Source: an uncultured Candidatus Binatia bacterium (lineage in GTDB: Bacteria; Desulfobacterota; Binatia; DP-6). From it: a DNA stretch of 64,000 nt. Position 1 is the first letter of the stretch, and every line of letters begins with the position of its first letter. This document shows, in pieces, positions 45,480 through 55,871 of the stretch. A model generated the notes under the pieces. It was not told the DNA's origin, did not search any database, and worked only from the letters and a program-made list of their open reading frames with translations. The translations under genes were made by a program, and so were the position numbers. Where the stretch lies: the NCBI GenBank assembly GCA_964618895.1, contig CAZUDO010000063.1, positions 3,279 through 67,278 on the forward strand, given 5' to 3'.

Positions 45480-46653
45480 ACACGATCGGCAGCCGATCGG
45501 GGCCGTGGATGCCGACCGGGGGCTTCCACACCGCCCCCGCGGCCACCGTCGGGCAGCCGAGACGCGCCGTCAGCGCGGCCAGCGCCTCCTGCAGCTCGGC
45601 GCGCGCGAGCGCCGCCCCCAGGCAGAAGTGCGCCCCGTGCCCGAACGCCAGGTGCGGCACCTGTGCGTTCTCCTGCGGCGCGACCTGATCGGGACGGGGA
45701 TAGGCGCCCGGGTCGTGCGCGGCGCTCCACAGGGAGAGGAGCACCTGGGTGGCGGGCTCGATACGCTCGCCGCCGATCTCGATCGGCGCGACCGCGCGGC
45801 GCCCGACGGCCGTCACCGCCGAGCGATGCCGGAGCACCTCCTCGACCACGTCCGCCACCGCGAGCGCGCCGGTGGCGACGGCGTCCCACACATCGGGCCG
45901 CTCGGCCAGCACCGCCACCGTCCACCCGAGCTGGTTCTTGGTGGTTTCGTGACCAGCGAACACCAGGCCGGCGATGAACCCCCGCACCTGGAAGTCGTCC
46001 CAGCCGTCGGCCGCGGCCGCCTGCGCGATGCGACTGACGAGGTCGTCGCGCGGCGCCGCCCGGCGCGTGGCAGCCAGCTCGCCGGTGTAGGCGAGCAGCT
46101 GGGTGAGGGCGGCGTCGACCTCGCCGATGCGTGCGACCAGCGCGACCGGGCTGAAGCCGAGGCCGATGGTGTTGGCCCAGCCGCGGAAGCGATCGCGGTC
46201 CGCGCTCGGTACGCCGATCAGCTCGCACAAGCCGAGCGACGGATAGGCATCGGCGAACTCGTCCATGAACTCGCACTGCCCCCGCGCCGCGAAGGCGTCG
46301 ATCAGCTCGTGCGCTGCCGTGCGCAGGAAGGGCCGCAGGCGCTCGACGCTCCGCGGGGTGAAGGTGCGCGACATGAGCGCCCGGAAGCGCAGGTGCTCGC
46401 TGCCGTCGTGGTTCAGGGGCGAGATCGCCATCCAGTCGTAGAACGGCCCGGAGGTGATGCCGAACGTATGCAGGAACTCGGTGAAGTTGGCGTGCAGCCG
46501 GCCGTCGCTCAGGAGCTCGCGCACGCGCTCGTGGGTGAGGACGCACACCGGGCCGGCGTCGGTGTCGGCCAGCCAGCCCTGCTGGCGCGCCCGCCCGAGG
46601 GTGCCGAGCGGGTCGGTGAGCAGGGACGCGAAGTCGAGATGCGGTCTGGTCAT
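45454..46653 (-). CDS. Cytochrome P450
   Basis: 'AGHETT', 'EEVLRH' (ExxR), 'FGHGAHFCLG'. Confidence 0.95.
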   Translation of the reverse strand: MTRPHLDFASLLTDPLGTLGRARQQGWLADTDAGPVCVLTHERVRELLSDGRLHANFTEFLHTFGITSGPFYDWMAISPLNHDGSEHLRFRALMSRTFTPRSVERLRPFLRTAAHELIDAFAARGQCEFMDEFADAYPSLGLCELIGVPSADRDRFRGWANTIGLGFSPVALVARIGEVDAALTQLLAYTGELAATRRAAPRDDLVSRIAQAAAADGWDDFQVRGFIAGLVFAGHETTKNQLGWTVAVLAERPDVWDAVATGALAVADVVEEVLRHRSAVTAVGRRAVAPIEIGGERIEPATQVLLSLWSAAHDPGAYPRPDQVAPQENAQVPHLAFGHGAHFCLGAALARAELQEALAALTARLGCPTVAAGAVWKPPVGIHGPDRLPIVFTARPRAM

Positions 46654-46660
46654 GGCGATC

Positions 46661-47302
46661 CTATCGGGCGCCCGGAAAGAGCGGCGCGCCGTAGCGGTCG
46701 GCGAAGCACAGCTCGGCGAGCGGCCGCCGCGCCAGGCGCTTCGGGAACCCCTTGGCGGGATACCCGAGCGTCAGCAGGGCTGCCGTCGCCACCTCGTCGG
46801 GAATCTCGAGCAGCGCCTTCACCTGCGGCTCGACCGCGCACAGGAGCGTCGTGAGCGCCGTCCCGAGCCCCTCGGCGCGCGCCGCCAGCAACAGGTTCTG
46901 GACCGACGGGTACACCGACGCGCCGCCGACGATGCTCAGGCGACCCAGGTGACGGTCGGTGGCGAGCAGATCGCCGAGCTGGGCGCAGACCACGATCAGG
47001 ACCGGAACCTCGTCCAGGTGGCGCGCCATGTGGTCGGCGTTCTCGAGCAGCCGCGGCAGCGGCGCCTCCGGGCGCGCCCGCGCCCGACCGACGTACTGCT
47101 CCCACGGCGGCAGGTACCAGTCGCGCAGCTGCCGGCGCCGGGTCGGGTCGCGCACGACGACGAAGCGTACGCCCTGGCGGTTGCCCCCGGTGGGCGCGAA
47201 GCGCGCCCCGTCGAGCACGCGGGCGAGCACGGCGTCCGGAATCGGGTCGGGGCGATAGAAGCGGCACGTCCCGGTGGTCTCGAGCACCTCGCGGAAGTCC
47301 AT
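46661..47302 (-). CDS. Nitroreductase family protein
   Basis: 'APTGGNRQGVRFVVV', 'SVQNLLLAARAEGLGT', 'LTLGYP'. Confidence 0.92.
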   Translation of the reverse strand: MDFREVLETTGTCRFYRPDPIPDAVLARVLDGARFAPTGGNRQGVRFVVVRDPTRRRQLRDWYLPPWEQYVGRARARPEAPLPRLLENADHMARHLDEVPVLIVVCAQLGDLLATDRHLGRLSIVGGASVYPSVQNLLLAARAEGLGTALTTLLCAVEPQVKALLEIPDEVATAALLTLGYPAKGFPKRLARRPLAELCFADRYGAPLFPGAR

Positions 47303-47574
47303 GGCAGGTGTCGTACGCCGGGGTGGCGGCTCTTGCCAAGGGGGCGTCGTCGGGCCGGTCAGGGCCCGGAATGCAGCTCGGGCGCACGATAGTCGATCAA
47401 CCCGAGGAGCGCCGATAACGTGCGATGGTACGCCGCAACCAACGCAAGGGCGACGAGGAGTCTTCCCGCCATCAACGCGACCGACCCGAATCCCCGGTTC
47501 GGCGCCCGCATCGGCACGAGGTTTGACTCCCCGACCGTGGCTCAGGATGCTATCCGCGAGAGTCCCTCGCGACG

Positions 47575-50163
47575 TTGCGTACCACCTCCGGGCAGGCGAT
47601 CGACACCCGTCCCTTCGGGCTCGCGCTCGTGCTCGCGGCCGCGAGCGGCTGCGCGGCGCTTGCGCACGAGCTGCTGTGGACCCGGCGCCTGGTCGATCTG
47701 CTCGGTGCCAGCAGCGCGTCCAGCACCCGGGTGTTCGGCTGCTTCTTCCTCGGGCTGTCGTTGGGGGCGGCGTGGTCGGCGCGCATGGTGCCACGCCTGC
47801 GGCGCCCGTTCCGGGCGGTGGCGATGGCGGAGGCGGGCATCGCGCTCCTCACCGTGCCGATCTGGCTGTTGCCGCACTGGACCGGGTGGATCTGGCCGGC
47901 GCTCGGGCCGGAGCGACTCGCCGGGTGGCAGGGGGGTGCCGTCAAGCTCGTCCTGTCGATCGCGACAGTGACGGCGCCGGCGACCCTGATGGGCGCGGTC
48001 CTGCCGTTTCTCGGTGCCGCCGTGCTGCGGGACGCCCGTGGCCTCGCCCGTCACGGCGTGTGGCTGTACGCGGTCAACACGCTCGGCGGCGTGCTCGGCC
48101 TGGCCCTGGTGATCGGGGTCGCGCTCGACGCGCTCGGCGCCTCCGGCGCGATGGCCGGCGCCATCGCGCTGAACGCCGTCGTCGCCACGCTGGCCCTGCT
48201 GCTCGACCGGAAGACCGGCGCGGAGCCCGGCGAGGACGCGCCCGCGGCAGCGCCGCGACAGCGCGCGGGACGCACCACGACCCCGGAGCGCGCACGGCGC
48301 GTCCGGCGCGCCGCGTTGATCGTCAGCTTCGCGTCGGGGGCCGGAGTGCTGGCGCTGGAGGTGCTGGCGCTCGAAATGGTGATGCTGCGCACGCCGCTCT
48401 CCTTCCATGCCACCGCGGCGGTCCTTATCCCCGTGATCCTGCTGCTCGCCGTGGCGAGCCTGGTGGTCCCCGTGCTGACGCCGCGGCGGGCGCCGCCGCC
48501 CAGGCTGCTGATCGGCGCGCTGGCGTTGACCGCCATGGCGATCGTCGTCACGCCGCCGGCGTTCTGGTACGTCGCCATCGACCCGTCCTGGGACGCGCCG
48601 GCCCCGAGCGTGCTGCGCTTCGCGCTCCGGCTCACGGCGCTGGTCCTGTTCACGTTCGGTCCGGCGATGGTGCTGGCGGGCCTGGTGTTCCCCACGGCGC
48701 TCGCCTGGTCGGCGGCGGAAGGGAACGATCCGCACGGGCGGCGCTGGGGCGCGCTCCTCGCCGTCAACGGCGTCGGCGCCGTGGTCGGAGCCGAAGCAAC
48801 CTACCGGCTCCTCATGCCGGGGCTCGGCGTCGACCAGAGCGCCAGCGCGCTGGCGGTCGTCTACGCGCTGGTCGCGGTCTGGCTGCTGCTCGAGTCCCGG
48901 CGCATCGGGGCCGGACCGCCTGGCCGGCCGGTCGCCACGGTGCTCGTGGTGATGGCGATGCTGGCGGTCCTGGGTGGCTATCGCGTGCGTCCACGTGCGC
49001 AACCGGGGGTCCTCGACGAGCGCTCGGGCCGGGAGGGGACGGTGCGGGTGGTCGAGCATCCACGGTTCGGGCGCGCGCTCCTGGTGAACAACCACTACCT
49101 GCTCGGCACCACCGGTGGGCGGTGGGACGAGGAGCGGCAGACCCACCTGGCACTCGCCCTGCACCCGGCGCCGCGCACCGTGGCGCACGTCGGGTTCGGG
49201 ACCGGCATCACCCCGGGCGCCGCCCTGCACCACCCGGAGGTGGAGTCGGTGACCTCGCTCGAGCTGTCCGCGCTGGTGCGCGACGCCGCCGCCCGGCACT
49301 TCGCCGAGTTCAACCACCGCATCACCGACACGGCACGGGCGACGGTGGTGGTCGAGGACGGCCGGACCTACATCGCGTCGACGGTGAACGCCTTCGACGT
49401 CGTCATCGGGGACGTCTTCCTTCCCTGGGGACGCGGCGACGGCCGCCTGTACAGCCTCGAGCACTTCCGCGCCGTCCGCACGGCGCTCCGTCCCGGCGGC
49501 GTGTTCTGCCAGTGGCTGCCGATGCACCAACTGACGCGCGAGCAGTTCGCGCTCATCGCCGCCACCTTCGCGCGCGTGTTTCCGGACGTGCATCTGTTCC
49601 AGCTCACCTACTACCTGCGCGCCCCGGGGCTGGCCCTGATCGGGTTCCGGGACGCGGACCTCGACTGGCGGGTTGTCCGCGACCGCAGCGCGGCGGCGCG
49701 GGCCGACGGCATTCTCGACCCGGTCGCGCGCCATCGCGACGCGATCGCGATGCTCTACCTGGGGCGGTACCACCCGCCGGCCGACGGATCCGTCCCGGTG
49801 AACACGCTGAACAACGTCGCGCTCGAGCTGAGCGCCGCACGCGAGCGCGTCACCGGCGACATCCCGGCGAAGTACCTGCTCGGCCCGGCGTGGCTACAGT
49901 TCGTGCAGGGCACGGTCCTCGGGTCCGACGGCTTGCGGACGGCGCCGCCACGGGTCCGGCGTCTCGCCCGGCTCGGCGTCCTGGCCTCCGAGTATCACCA
50001 CGCCCGCGACGGTAAGGGCGCGCAGGCGGAACGCCTCGGGCGCGCGTTGCGGGCGCAGCTCCCGGCGGCACTCACCCGCGATCGTGGCGCCGACTGGAGC
50101 CGCTGGCCGGGGGACCGGGCGCTCTTCGCCGAGCCCGCGCCGAGCCCTCACAGGCTCCAGTAG
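47575..50163 (+). CDS. Fused MFS-like membrane/spermidine synthase-like SAM-binding protein
   Basis: Repeated 'LYAVNTLGG'/'LLAVNGVGA' TM units; 'VGFGTGIT', 'VVEDGRTY', 'FDVVIGD', 'QWLP'. Confidence 0.88.
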   Translation: MRTTSGQAIDTRPFGLALVLAAASGCAALAHELLWTRRLVDLLGASSASSTRVFGCFFLGLSLGAAWSARMVPRLRRPFRAVAMAEAGIALLTVPIWLLPHWTGWIWPALGPERLAGWQGGAVKLVLSIATVTAPATLMGAVLPFLGAAVLRDARGLARHGVWLYAVNTLGGVLGLALVIGVALDALGASGAMAGAIALNAVVATLALLLDRKTGAEPGEDAPAAAPRQRAGRTTTPERARRVRRAALIVSFASGAGVLALEVLALEMVMLRTPLSFHATAAVLIPVILLLAVASLVVPVLTPRRAPPPRLLIGALALTAMAIVVTPPAFWYVAIDPSWDAPAPSVLRFALRLTALVLFTFGPAMVLAGLVFPTALAWSAAEGNDPHGRRWGALLAVNGVGAVVGAEATYRLLMPGLGVDQSASALAVVYALVAVWLLLESRRIGAGPPGRPVATVLVVMAMLAVLGGYRVRPRAQPGVLDERSGREGTVRVVEHPRFGRALLVNNHYLLGTTGGRWDEERQTHLALALHPAPRTVAHVGFGTGITPGAALHHPEVESVTSLELSALVRDAAARHFAEFNHRITDTARATVVVEDGRTYIASTVNAFDVVIGDVFLPWGRGDGRLYSLEHFRAVRTALRPGGVFCQWLPMHQLTREQFALIAATFARVFPDVHLFQLTYYLRAPGLALIGFRDADLDWRVVRDRSAAARADGILDPVARHRDAIAMLYLGRYHPPADGSVPVNTLNNVALELSAARERVTGDIPAKYLLGPAWLQFVQGTVLGSDGLRTAPPRVRRLARLGVLASEYHHARDGKGAQAERLGRALRAQLPAALTRDRGADWSRWPGDRALFAEPAPSPHRLQ

Positions 50164-51425
50164 CGGATGCCGCGCTCCATCGCGGTCGCCTCGAACGCGC
50201 TCTTGACGTCGACGAACACCCCGCCGTCCTTCAGCGACGCGAGAATGCTCCGGGGGCCCATCTCGAGGTACTTCGTGTGGCTCACCGCGAAGATGAGCGC
50301 ATCGAGCGTCGCGAACTCCTCGAGCGGCGACAGCGTGATCCCGTATTCGTGGGCGGCCTCGGCGTTCGCAAGCGGATCGTGGATGAGGGCGTCGATGCCG
50401 AAGGTCTTGAGTTCGCCGAGGATATCCAGCACCTTGCTGTTCCGGAGATCGGCGCAGTCCTCCTTGAACGTCAGCCCGAGCACGCCCACCCGCGCGCCCT
50501 TGACGGGCATGCCGCCGTTGATGAGCAGTTTCACCGTCCGCTGCGCCACGTACGGGCCCATGTTGTTGTTGATGCGACGGCCGGCGAGGATGACCTCGGG
50601 CTGATACCCGAGCTGTTGCGCTTTCATCGTCAGATAGTACGGATCCACGCCGATGCAGTGGCCTCCGACGAGGCCCGGCTTGAATTTGAGAAAGTTCCAC
50701 TTCGTCCCTGCGGCGGCGAGTACGTCGGCCGTCCGAATGCCCAGCCGGTCGAAGATGATCGCCAGCTCGTTCATGAGCGCGATGTTGAGGTCGCGCTGTA
50801 CGTTCTCGATGACCTTCGCGGCCTCGGCCACCTTGATGCTCGAGGCCTTGTATATCCCCGCATCGATGATCCCCGCGTAGGCCGCGGCGACGCGCTCGAG
50901 TGTCGGCGCGTCCCCGCCCGAGACGACCTTCGTGATCTTCTCGAGCGCGTGCTCTTTGTCGCCCGGGTTGATGCGCTCGGGAGAGTACCCGAGCGTGAAG
51001 TCGACGCCTTGCGTGAGCCCACTGCCGGTGGCGAGGATGGGGCCGCAGATGTCTTCCGTGACGCCCGGGTAGACCGTCGACTCGTAGACCACGACACCGC
51101 CCGGTCTCAGGTGTCGGCTGACGGTTTCGGACGCTTTTACGACCGGCGTGAGGTCAGGCACGTTGTTGCGATCGACGGGCGTCGGGACCGCCACGACGAA
51201 GAAGGTGCAGCCGTCCAGATCGGCCTCGTCGTACGTCACCCTGAGCGACGTCGTCTGCAGGACCGATTCGGGCAGCTCGCGGTTGCGATCGTAGCCGCGC
51301 CCGAGCTCGCCGACCTTCTCCGTGTCGATGTCGAAGCCGACGGTGCCCGGATACTTCCGCGCGAACGCCAGCGCCACCGGCAAGCCGACGTACCCCAGGC
51401 CGATGCATGCAATCCGTTCAGTCAT
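50148..51425 (-). CDS. UDP-N-acetylhexosamine 6-dehydrogenase (TviB/WbpO/WecC family)
   Basis: 'GLGYVG', 'YESTVYPG', 'GGHCIGVDPYYL', 'TFKEDCADLRNS'. Confidence 0.93.
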   Translation of the reverse strand: MTERIACIGLGYVGLPVALAFARKYPGTVGFDIDTEKVGELGRGYDRNRELPESVLQTTSLRVTYDEADLDGCTFFVVAVPTPVDRNNVPDLTPVVKASETVSRHLRPGGVVVYESTVYPGVTEDICGPILATGSGLTQGVDFTLGYSPERINPGDKEHALEKITKVVSGGDAPTLERVAAAYAGIIDAGIYKASSIKVAEAAKVIENVQRDLNIALMNELAIIFDRLGIRTADVLAAAGTKWNFLKFKPGLVGGHCIGVDPYYLTMKAQQLGYQPEVILAGRRINNNMGPYVAQRTVKLLINGGMPVKGARVGVLGLTFKEDCADLRNSKVLDILGELKTFGIDALIHDPLANAEAAHEYGITLSPLEEFATLDALIFAVSHTKYLEMGPRSILASLKDGGVFVDVKSAFEATAMERGIRYWSL

Positions 51426-53322
51426 TACCCGCTCTGGCGACGATCCGTCCGCCGCCGGCGTCCGGCTCACCTCCCGCCACGTCGCTCGGGGTGTACTCCG
51501 GCACGACCGTACACAGCAAACGCAGGGCCTCGCGCACGTCGCCGTCACCGATGGCGCGTTCGAGACGCGCGTGCCAGCCCGCCGACCAGGCCGTCGTCCG
51601 CTCCGCGCGCACGATGCTCAGGCGATCGTGGTGTGTGGCCGCCTGGCGCTCGCGTTCGGTCATCAGCTCTTCGTACAGTTTCTCGCCCGGCCGGAGGCCG
51701 GTGAACGTGATCGCGATGTCCTCGTCGGGGCGAAGACCCGACAGCCGGATCATCTGCCGTGCCAGGTCGACGATGCGCACCGGCTCGCCCATGTCGAGGA
51801 TGAAGATCTCGCCGCCGCTGCCGAGCGCGGCCGCCTGCAGGATGAGCTGCGTAGCCTCGGGGATGGTCATGAAGTAGCGCGTCACGTCGGGGTGGGTCAC
51901 GGTGACCGGCCCGCCGCGCGCGATCTGCTCGCGGAAGAGCGGCACCACGCTGCCGCTCGAATCGAGCACATTGCCGAAGCGCACGGCGACGGCGCGGCAG
52001 CCACCGTCGCGCGCTTCCTGCACCAATAGCTCCGCTGCCCGTTTCGTCGCGCCCATGAGGCTGGTCGGAGCGACGGCCTTGTCCGTGGAGACGAGCACGA
52101 ACTCGCGCGCGCGGTGGGCGATCGCCGCCGCCAGCACGTTCCGGGTGCCGAGAATGTTGTTACGCACGGCTTCCAGCACGTTCCGCTCGGTGAGTGGCAC
52201 GTGCTTGTAGGCGGCGGCGTGGAAGACGATCTCGGGGCCGTGCGCGGTGAAGACCGCGCGCAGTTGATCGGGGAGGAGCACGTCGCCGAGCACCGGAATG
52301 ACCGTCAGCTCCGGGTGGCGTCGGCGGAGCTCCATCTCCAGGGTGTACACGCCGTTCTCGTAGCGATCGTACAGCACCAGAGTCGCCGGCCCGTGGAGCG
52401 CGATCTGCCGGCAGAGCTCCGAGCCGATCGAGCCGGCGGCGCCCGTGACCAGCACGGGCTTGCCGCCGAGCAGCGCGCGCACGCGCACCAGATCCAGGCG
52501 CACCGGCTCGCGGGCCAGGATGTCCTGCACGCGCACTTCACGCATCTGGCTGTACATGACCGTGCCCTCGATCAGCTCGGCGAGCGTCGGCAGCACGCGA
52601 TGCTTGACGCGCGCCTCCTCGCAGCGTTCGACGATGCGCCGCAGCCGCGCGCCCGAGGCCGAGGGGATCGCGATCAGCACTTCGCCCACGTCGTGGCGCG
52701 CGACCAGCGCGGGCAGGTCGTCCACGGTCCCGAGGACGGGCGTGCCGCACACGCGCAGGCCCACCTTGGCGCGGTCATCGTCGACGAAGCCCACCACGCC
52801 GAGCCGGACGCGCCGCCGAGCTTCGATCTCCTGCAGGAGCCCGATGCCCGCCGAGCCTGCGCCCACGATCAGGGCGACCGTTTCCACCCGGCGCACCCCC
52901 GTCCTGGCACGCCGCTCCTGCACCAGCCGCACGCCGAGGCGCGACCCGGTCATGGCCCCGGTGCACACCAGCAGGTCGAGCAGGAAGACCGAGCGCGGAA
53001 AGCCCCCCACCCCGTGCGCGAACACCACCGCCGCCAGGAAGAGCGTCGAGCCGAGCAGATTGCCGCGCACGATGTCTTCCAGGTCGCGCAGCGACACGTG
53101 ACTCCACGAGCCGCGCAGCGCGCCCGTGATCCAGAACGCGATCAGCTTGCAGGCGAGGAGCAGAGGCAGGAGCGCCAGCAGCACCGGGCGGTGCTTCGCC
53201 GGCAGCGCAAGATCGAACCGCAGCGCGTACGCCACCACGAACGCCACGCTTATGAGCGCGAGCGTGCCGGCGATCGTGACCGCGTCCCGATGCCGCACCC
53301 AGAACGAGAGCCGCTGCTTCAT
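51418..53322 (-). CDS. Membrane-anchored UDP-GlcNAc 4,6-dehydratase (PglF/CapD/WbpM family)
   Basis: N-terminal TM helices; 'GAAGSIGSEL', 'HAAAYKHVP', 'STDKAV', 'MGATKR'. Confidence 0.93.
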   Translation of the reverse strand: MKQRLSFWVRHRDAVTIAGTLALISVAFVVAYALRFDLALPAKHRPVLLALLPLLLACKLIAFWITGALRGSWSHVSLRDLEDIVRGNLLGSTLFLAAVVFAHGVGGFPRSVFLLDLLVCTGAMTGSRLGVRLVQERRARTGVRRVETVALIVGAGSAGIGLLQEIEARRRVRLGVVGFVDDDRAKVGLRVCGTPVLGTVDDLPALVARHDVGEVLIAIPSASGARLRRIVERCEEARVKHRVLPTLAELIEGTVMYSQMREVRVQDILAREPVRLDLVRVRALLGGKPVLVTGAAGSIGSELCRQIALHGPATLVLYDRYENGVYTLEMELRRRHPELTVIPVLGDVLLPDQLRAVFTAHGPEIVFHAAAYKHVPLTERNVLEAVRNNILGTRNVLAAAIAHRAREFVLVSTDKAVAPTSLMGATKRAAELLVQEARDGGCRAVAVRFGNVLDSSGSVVPLFREQIARGGPVTVTHPDVTRYFMTIPEATQLILQAAALGSGGEIFILDMGEPVRIVDLARQMIRLSGLRPDEDIAITFTGLRPGEKLYEELMTERERQAATHHDRLSIVRAERTTAWSAGWHARLERAIGDGDVREALRLLCTVVPEYTPSDVAGGEPDAGGGRIVARAGND

Positions 53323-54500
53323 GACCACGCCTCCACCTCCGGGGCTCCGTTCCGGCGGATCCCCGTCTCGTGCCGCATCTCGAGCAACACCTCGGCGAGC
53401 GCACCGCACACCGTGTCCACCTCGTCCTCGCCGAGCGTGCCGGCGAAGGGCAGTGCCAGGCACGACGCGCCCGCCGCTTCCGCGATCGGGAAGTCGCCCG
53501 GCTTGAAGCCGAACGTCTGGCGGTAGAACGGCTGCAGGTGGATGGGCGGGAAGTACGGCCGCGACGGCACGCCGCGGCGCTCGAGGTCGCGGATCACCCG
53601 GTCGCGGTCGAGCCCGGCGGCGAGCCGGACGACGTACACGAACCAGCTCGGCCGGGTCGTCCACGGCGCCTGCGCCGGACGCGTCACCCCGGGAAGACCG
53701 GCGAGGCGGGCGTCGTACCAGGCCGCCACGCGCGCACGCTTGGCGAGCAGCTCGGGCAGGCGTTGCACCTGCACCAGACCGAGCGCGGCGCTCAGCTCGT
53801 CGAGGCGGTAGTTGTAGCCGAGCCGGCTGTGGCTCAGCCAGCCGTCGAACACGTCCCGCCCTTGATTGCGCAGGCTGCGGAAGAGCGCATCCCATTCCGG
53901 GCGGTTGGTCACGATCATGCCGCCCTCGCCGGTGGTCATCTGCTTGTTCGGATAGAACGCGAACACGCCGGCGTCGCCGAGCGTGCCGGCCTGACGACCC
54001 TTGTACTCGGCCCCGATCGCCTCGCAGGCGTCCTCGATCACGGCCAGCCCGTGGTGCGCCGCCACCTCCAGGATCGGGTCCAGGTCGGCCGGCTGGCCGA
54101 AGACGTGCACCGGAAGCACCGCCTTCACGCGGCGACCGAACGCCCGCACGGCGTCGGCGACGCGTTCCGGGTCGATCGTCAGGGTGTGCGGCTCCACGTC
54201 GACGAACAGCGGGCGCGCGCGCTCGTAGAGGATGCAGTTGGCCGACGCCACGAAGCTGAACGGCGTGGTGACCACCAGGTCGCCGTCGCCGACGCCGGCC
54301 GCCAGCATGCAGAGATGGAGCCCCGCCGTGCCACTGCTCACGCCGGCGGCGTGCGCGGCGCCGATGGTGTCGGCGAACGTGTCCTCGAACCGCGTCAGAC
54401 GCGGCCCGAGGGCCAGGGTCGGCGACTCGAGCACCTCCAGCACCGCGGCCCGCTCCGCGGCCGTGATGTCGCATCCGGACATGGGGATCGTCATCTCCAT
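53319..54500 (-). CDS. DegT/DnrJ/EryC1/StrS sugar aminotransferase (PglE-like)
   Basis: 'SSGTAGLH', 'IEDACEA', 'FYPNKQMTTGEGG'. Confidence 0.93.
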   Translation of the reverse strand: MEMTIPMSGCDITAAERAAVLEVLESPTLALGPRLTRFEDTFADTIGAAHAAGVSSGTAGLHLCMLAAGVGDGDLVVTTPFSFVASANCILYERARPLFVDVEPHTLTIDPERVADAVRAFGRRVKAVLPVHVFGQPADLDPILEVAAHHGLAVIEDACEAIGAEYKGRQAGTLGDAGVFAFYPNKQMTTGEGGMIVTNRPEWDALFRSLRNQGRDVFDGWLSHSRLGYNYRLDELSAALGLVQVQRLPELLAKRARVAAWYDARLAGLPGVTRPAQAPWTTRPSWFVYVVRLAAGLDRDRVIRDLERRGVPSRPYFPPIHLQPFYRQTFGFKPGDFPIAEAAGASCLALPFAGTLGEDEVDTVCGALAEVLLEMRHETGIRRNGAPEVEAWS

Positions 54501-54630
54501 ACCTCCACCTTGCATTCGGTCTGTGCGTCGCTAGACATGCGGCGGTGTTCTCCCTGCTGCTCGGCGCCGTCCTGTGGCGCGCCCCCGAACCGATCACGCT
54601 CCCGGCGGGCAAGGCGCACGCCGTCGAGCG

Positions 54631-55290
54631 TCACGACGCCTCCTGACGGCGGCGCGGGCGCGCCGGCATGCCGACGTACGTCGCCGGGTGCGGCAGCGTG
54701 CGCACCACGACCGCACCGGCGCCGAGCACCGTCCCGGCCGGGACCGACAGGCCGGGAATGACGACGGCGCCGGTCCCCAGCTCGCACCGATCGCCGATGG
54801 TCACCGCGCCGGCGAGGTGCACGTCCGGATGCAGGGTGACGAAGTCACCGAGGACGTCGTCGTGCGCCACCTGACAGTGCATGTTGATGGTGGCGAAGCG
54901 GCCGATCCGGATGTTGACGGTGAGGACGGCACCCGCGCCGACGTAGCTGCCCGGGCCGATGTGCACGTTGGGGCCGACGGTGGCACGCGGGTGGACGACC
55001 GTCGTCCAGGGCAGCGCCACGTCGGCCAGCCGGCGGGCGACCGCCTCCTTGGTCGCGGGCAGACCGACGCCCATCACCAGCGCCGTGTCGTGGCTGGCGT
55101 GCGCGCGCACGTCGTCGAGGCCGCCCACCACCGCACCCAACCCGGACGCCACTGGGCCACGCGGCACCTGATCGTCGAAGAACAGGAGCCCGCCGGCTGC
55201 GCCCTGCGCGTCCAGCGCCTCGCGCAGCGACCAGGCAATCTCCTGCGCGTGGCCAGCCGCGCCGGCGACGAGGTAGCGCATGGCGCTCAT
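54631..55290 (-). CDS. Sugar O/N-acetyltransferase (PglD/NeuD family)
   Basis: 'GAAGHA', 'VVHPRA', hexapeptide repeats, 'HDDVLGDF', 'YVGMPAR'. Confidence 0.9.
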   Translation of the reverse strand: MSAMRYLVAGAAGHAQEIAWSLREALDAQGAAGGLLFFDDQVPRGPVASGLGAVVGGLDDVRAHASHDTALVMGVGLPATKEAVARRLADVALPWTTVVHPRATVGPNVHIGPGSYVGAGAVLTVNIRIGRFATINMHCQVAHDDVLGDFVTLHPDVHLAGAVTIGDRCELGTGAVVIPGLSVPAGTVLGAGAVVVRTLPHPATYVGMPARPRRRQEAS

Positions 55291-55871
55291 CCCAGGAACT
55301 CCGGCATGGTCGCCTGCCCCGGCGCACTCACGCCGCGGCCGGCCAGCACGCACCCGACCGTCTCCCAGAGGATGCGGAGATCGAGCGTCAGGGTGTGGGT
55401 GTCCACGTAGCGCACATCGAGCGCGAACTTCTCCTCCCAGCTGAGACCGTTGCGCCCGCGCACCTGAGCGAGCCCCGTGATCCCGGGGCGCACCAGGTGG
55501 CGGCGGGCCTGCTCGGCGCTGTAGCGCGGCAGGTACTCGGGCAGGAGCGGCCGCGGCCCGACCAGCGACATGTCGCCGCGGAGCACGTTCCAGAGCTGCG
55601 GCAGCTCGTCCAGGCTGGTGGCGCGGAGCCAGCGACCGAGGCCGGTGAGCCGCCCGGCGTCGCTCGCCAGTGTCTCACCGGCCGCCGCGGGGCGCATGGT
55701 GCGAAGCTTGAGCAGGGTAAACGTCCGCCCGGAGCGGCCGGCTCGCACCTGGCGATAGAGCACGGGCGATCCCATCGTGACGCCCACGAGCACGCCCAGA
55801 ACGAGCAGGACCGGCGCGGCCACGACCAGCAACGTACCGGCGCCGACACAATCGAAGAGCCGCTTCACCAT
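55287..55871 (-). CDS. Initiating phosphoglycosyl transferase (PglC-like)
   Basis: 'KLRTM', 'SLDELPQLWNVLRGDMSLVGPRP', 'PGITGLAQV'. Confidence 0.95.
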   Translation of the reverse strand: MVKRLFDCVGAGTLLVVAAPVLLVLGVLVGVTMGSPVLYRQVRAGRSGRTFTLLKLRTMRPAAAGETLASDAGRLTGLGRWLRATSLDELPQLWNVLRGDMSLVGPRPLLPEYLPRYSAEQARRHLVRPGITGLAQVRGRNGLSWEEKFALDVRYVDTHTLTLDLRILWETVGCVLAGRGVSAPGQATMPEFLG

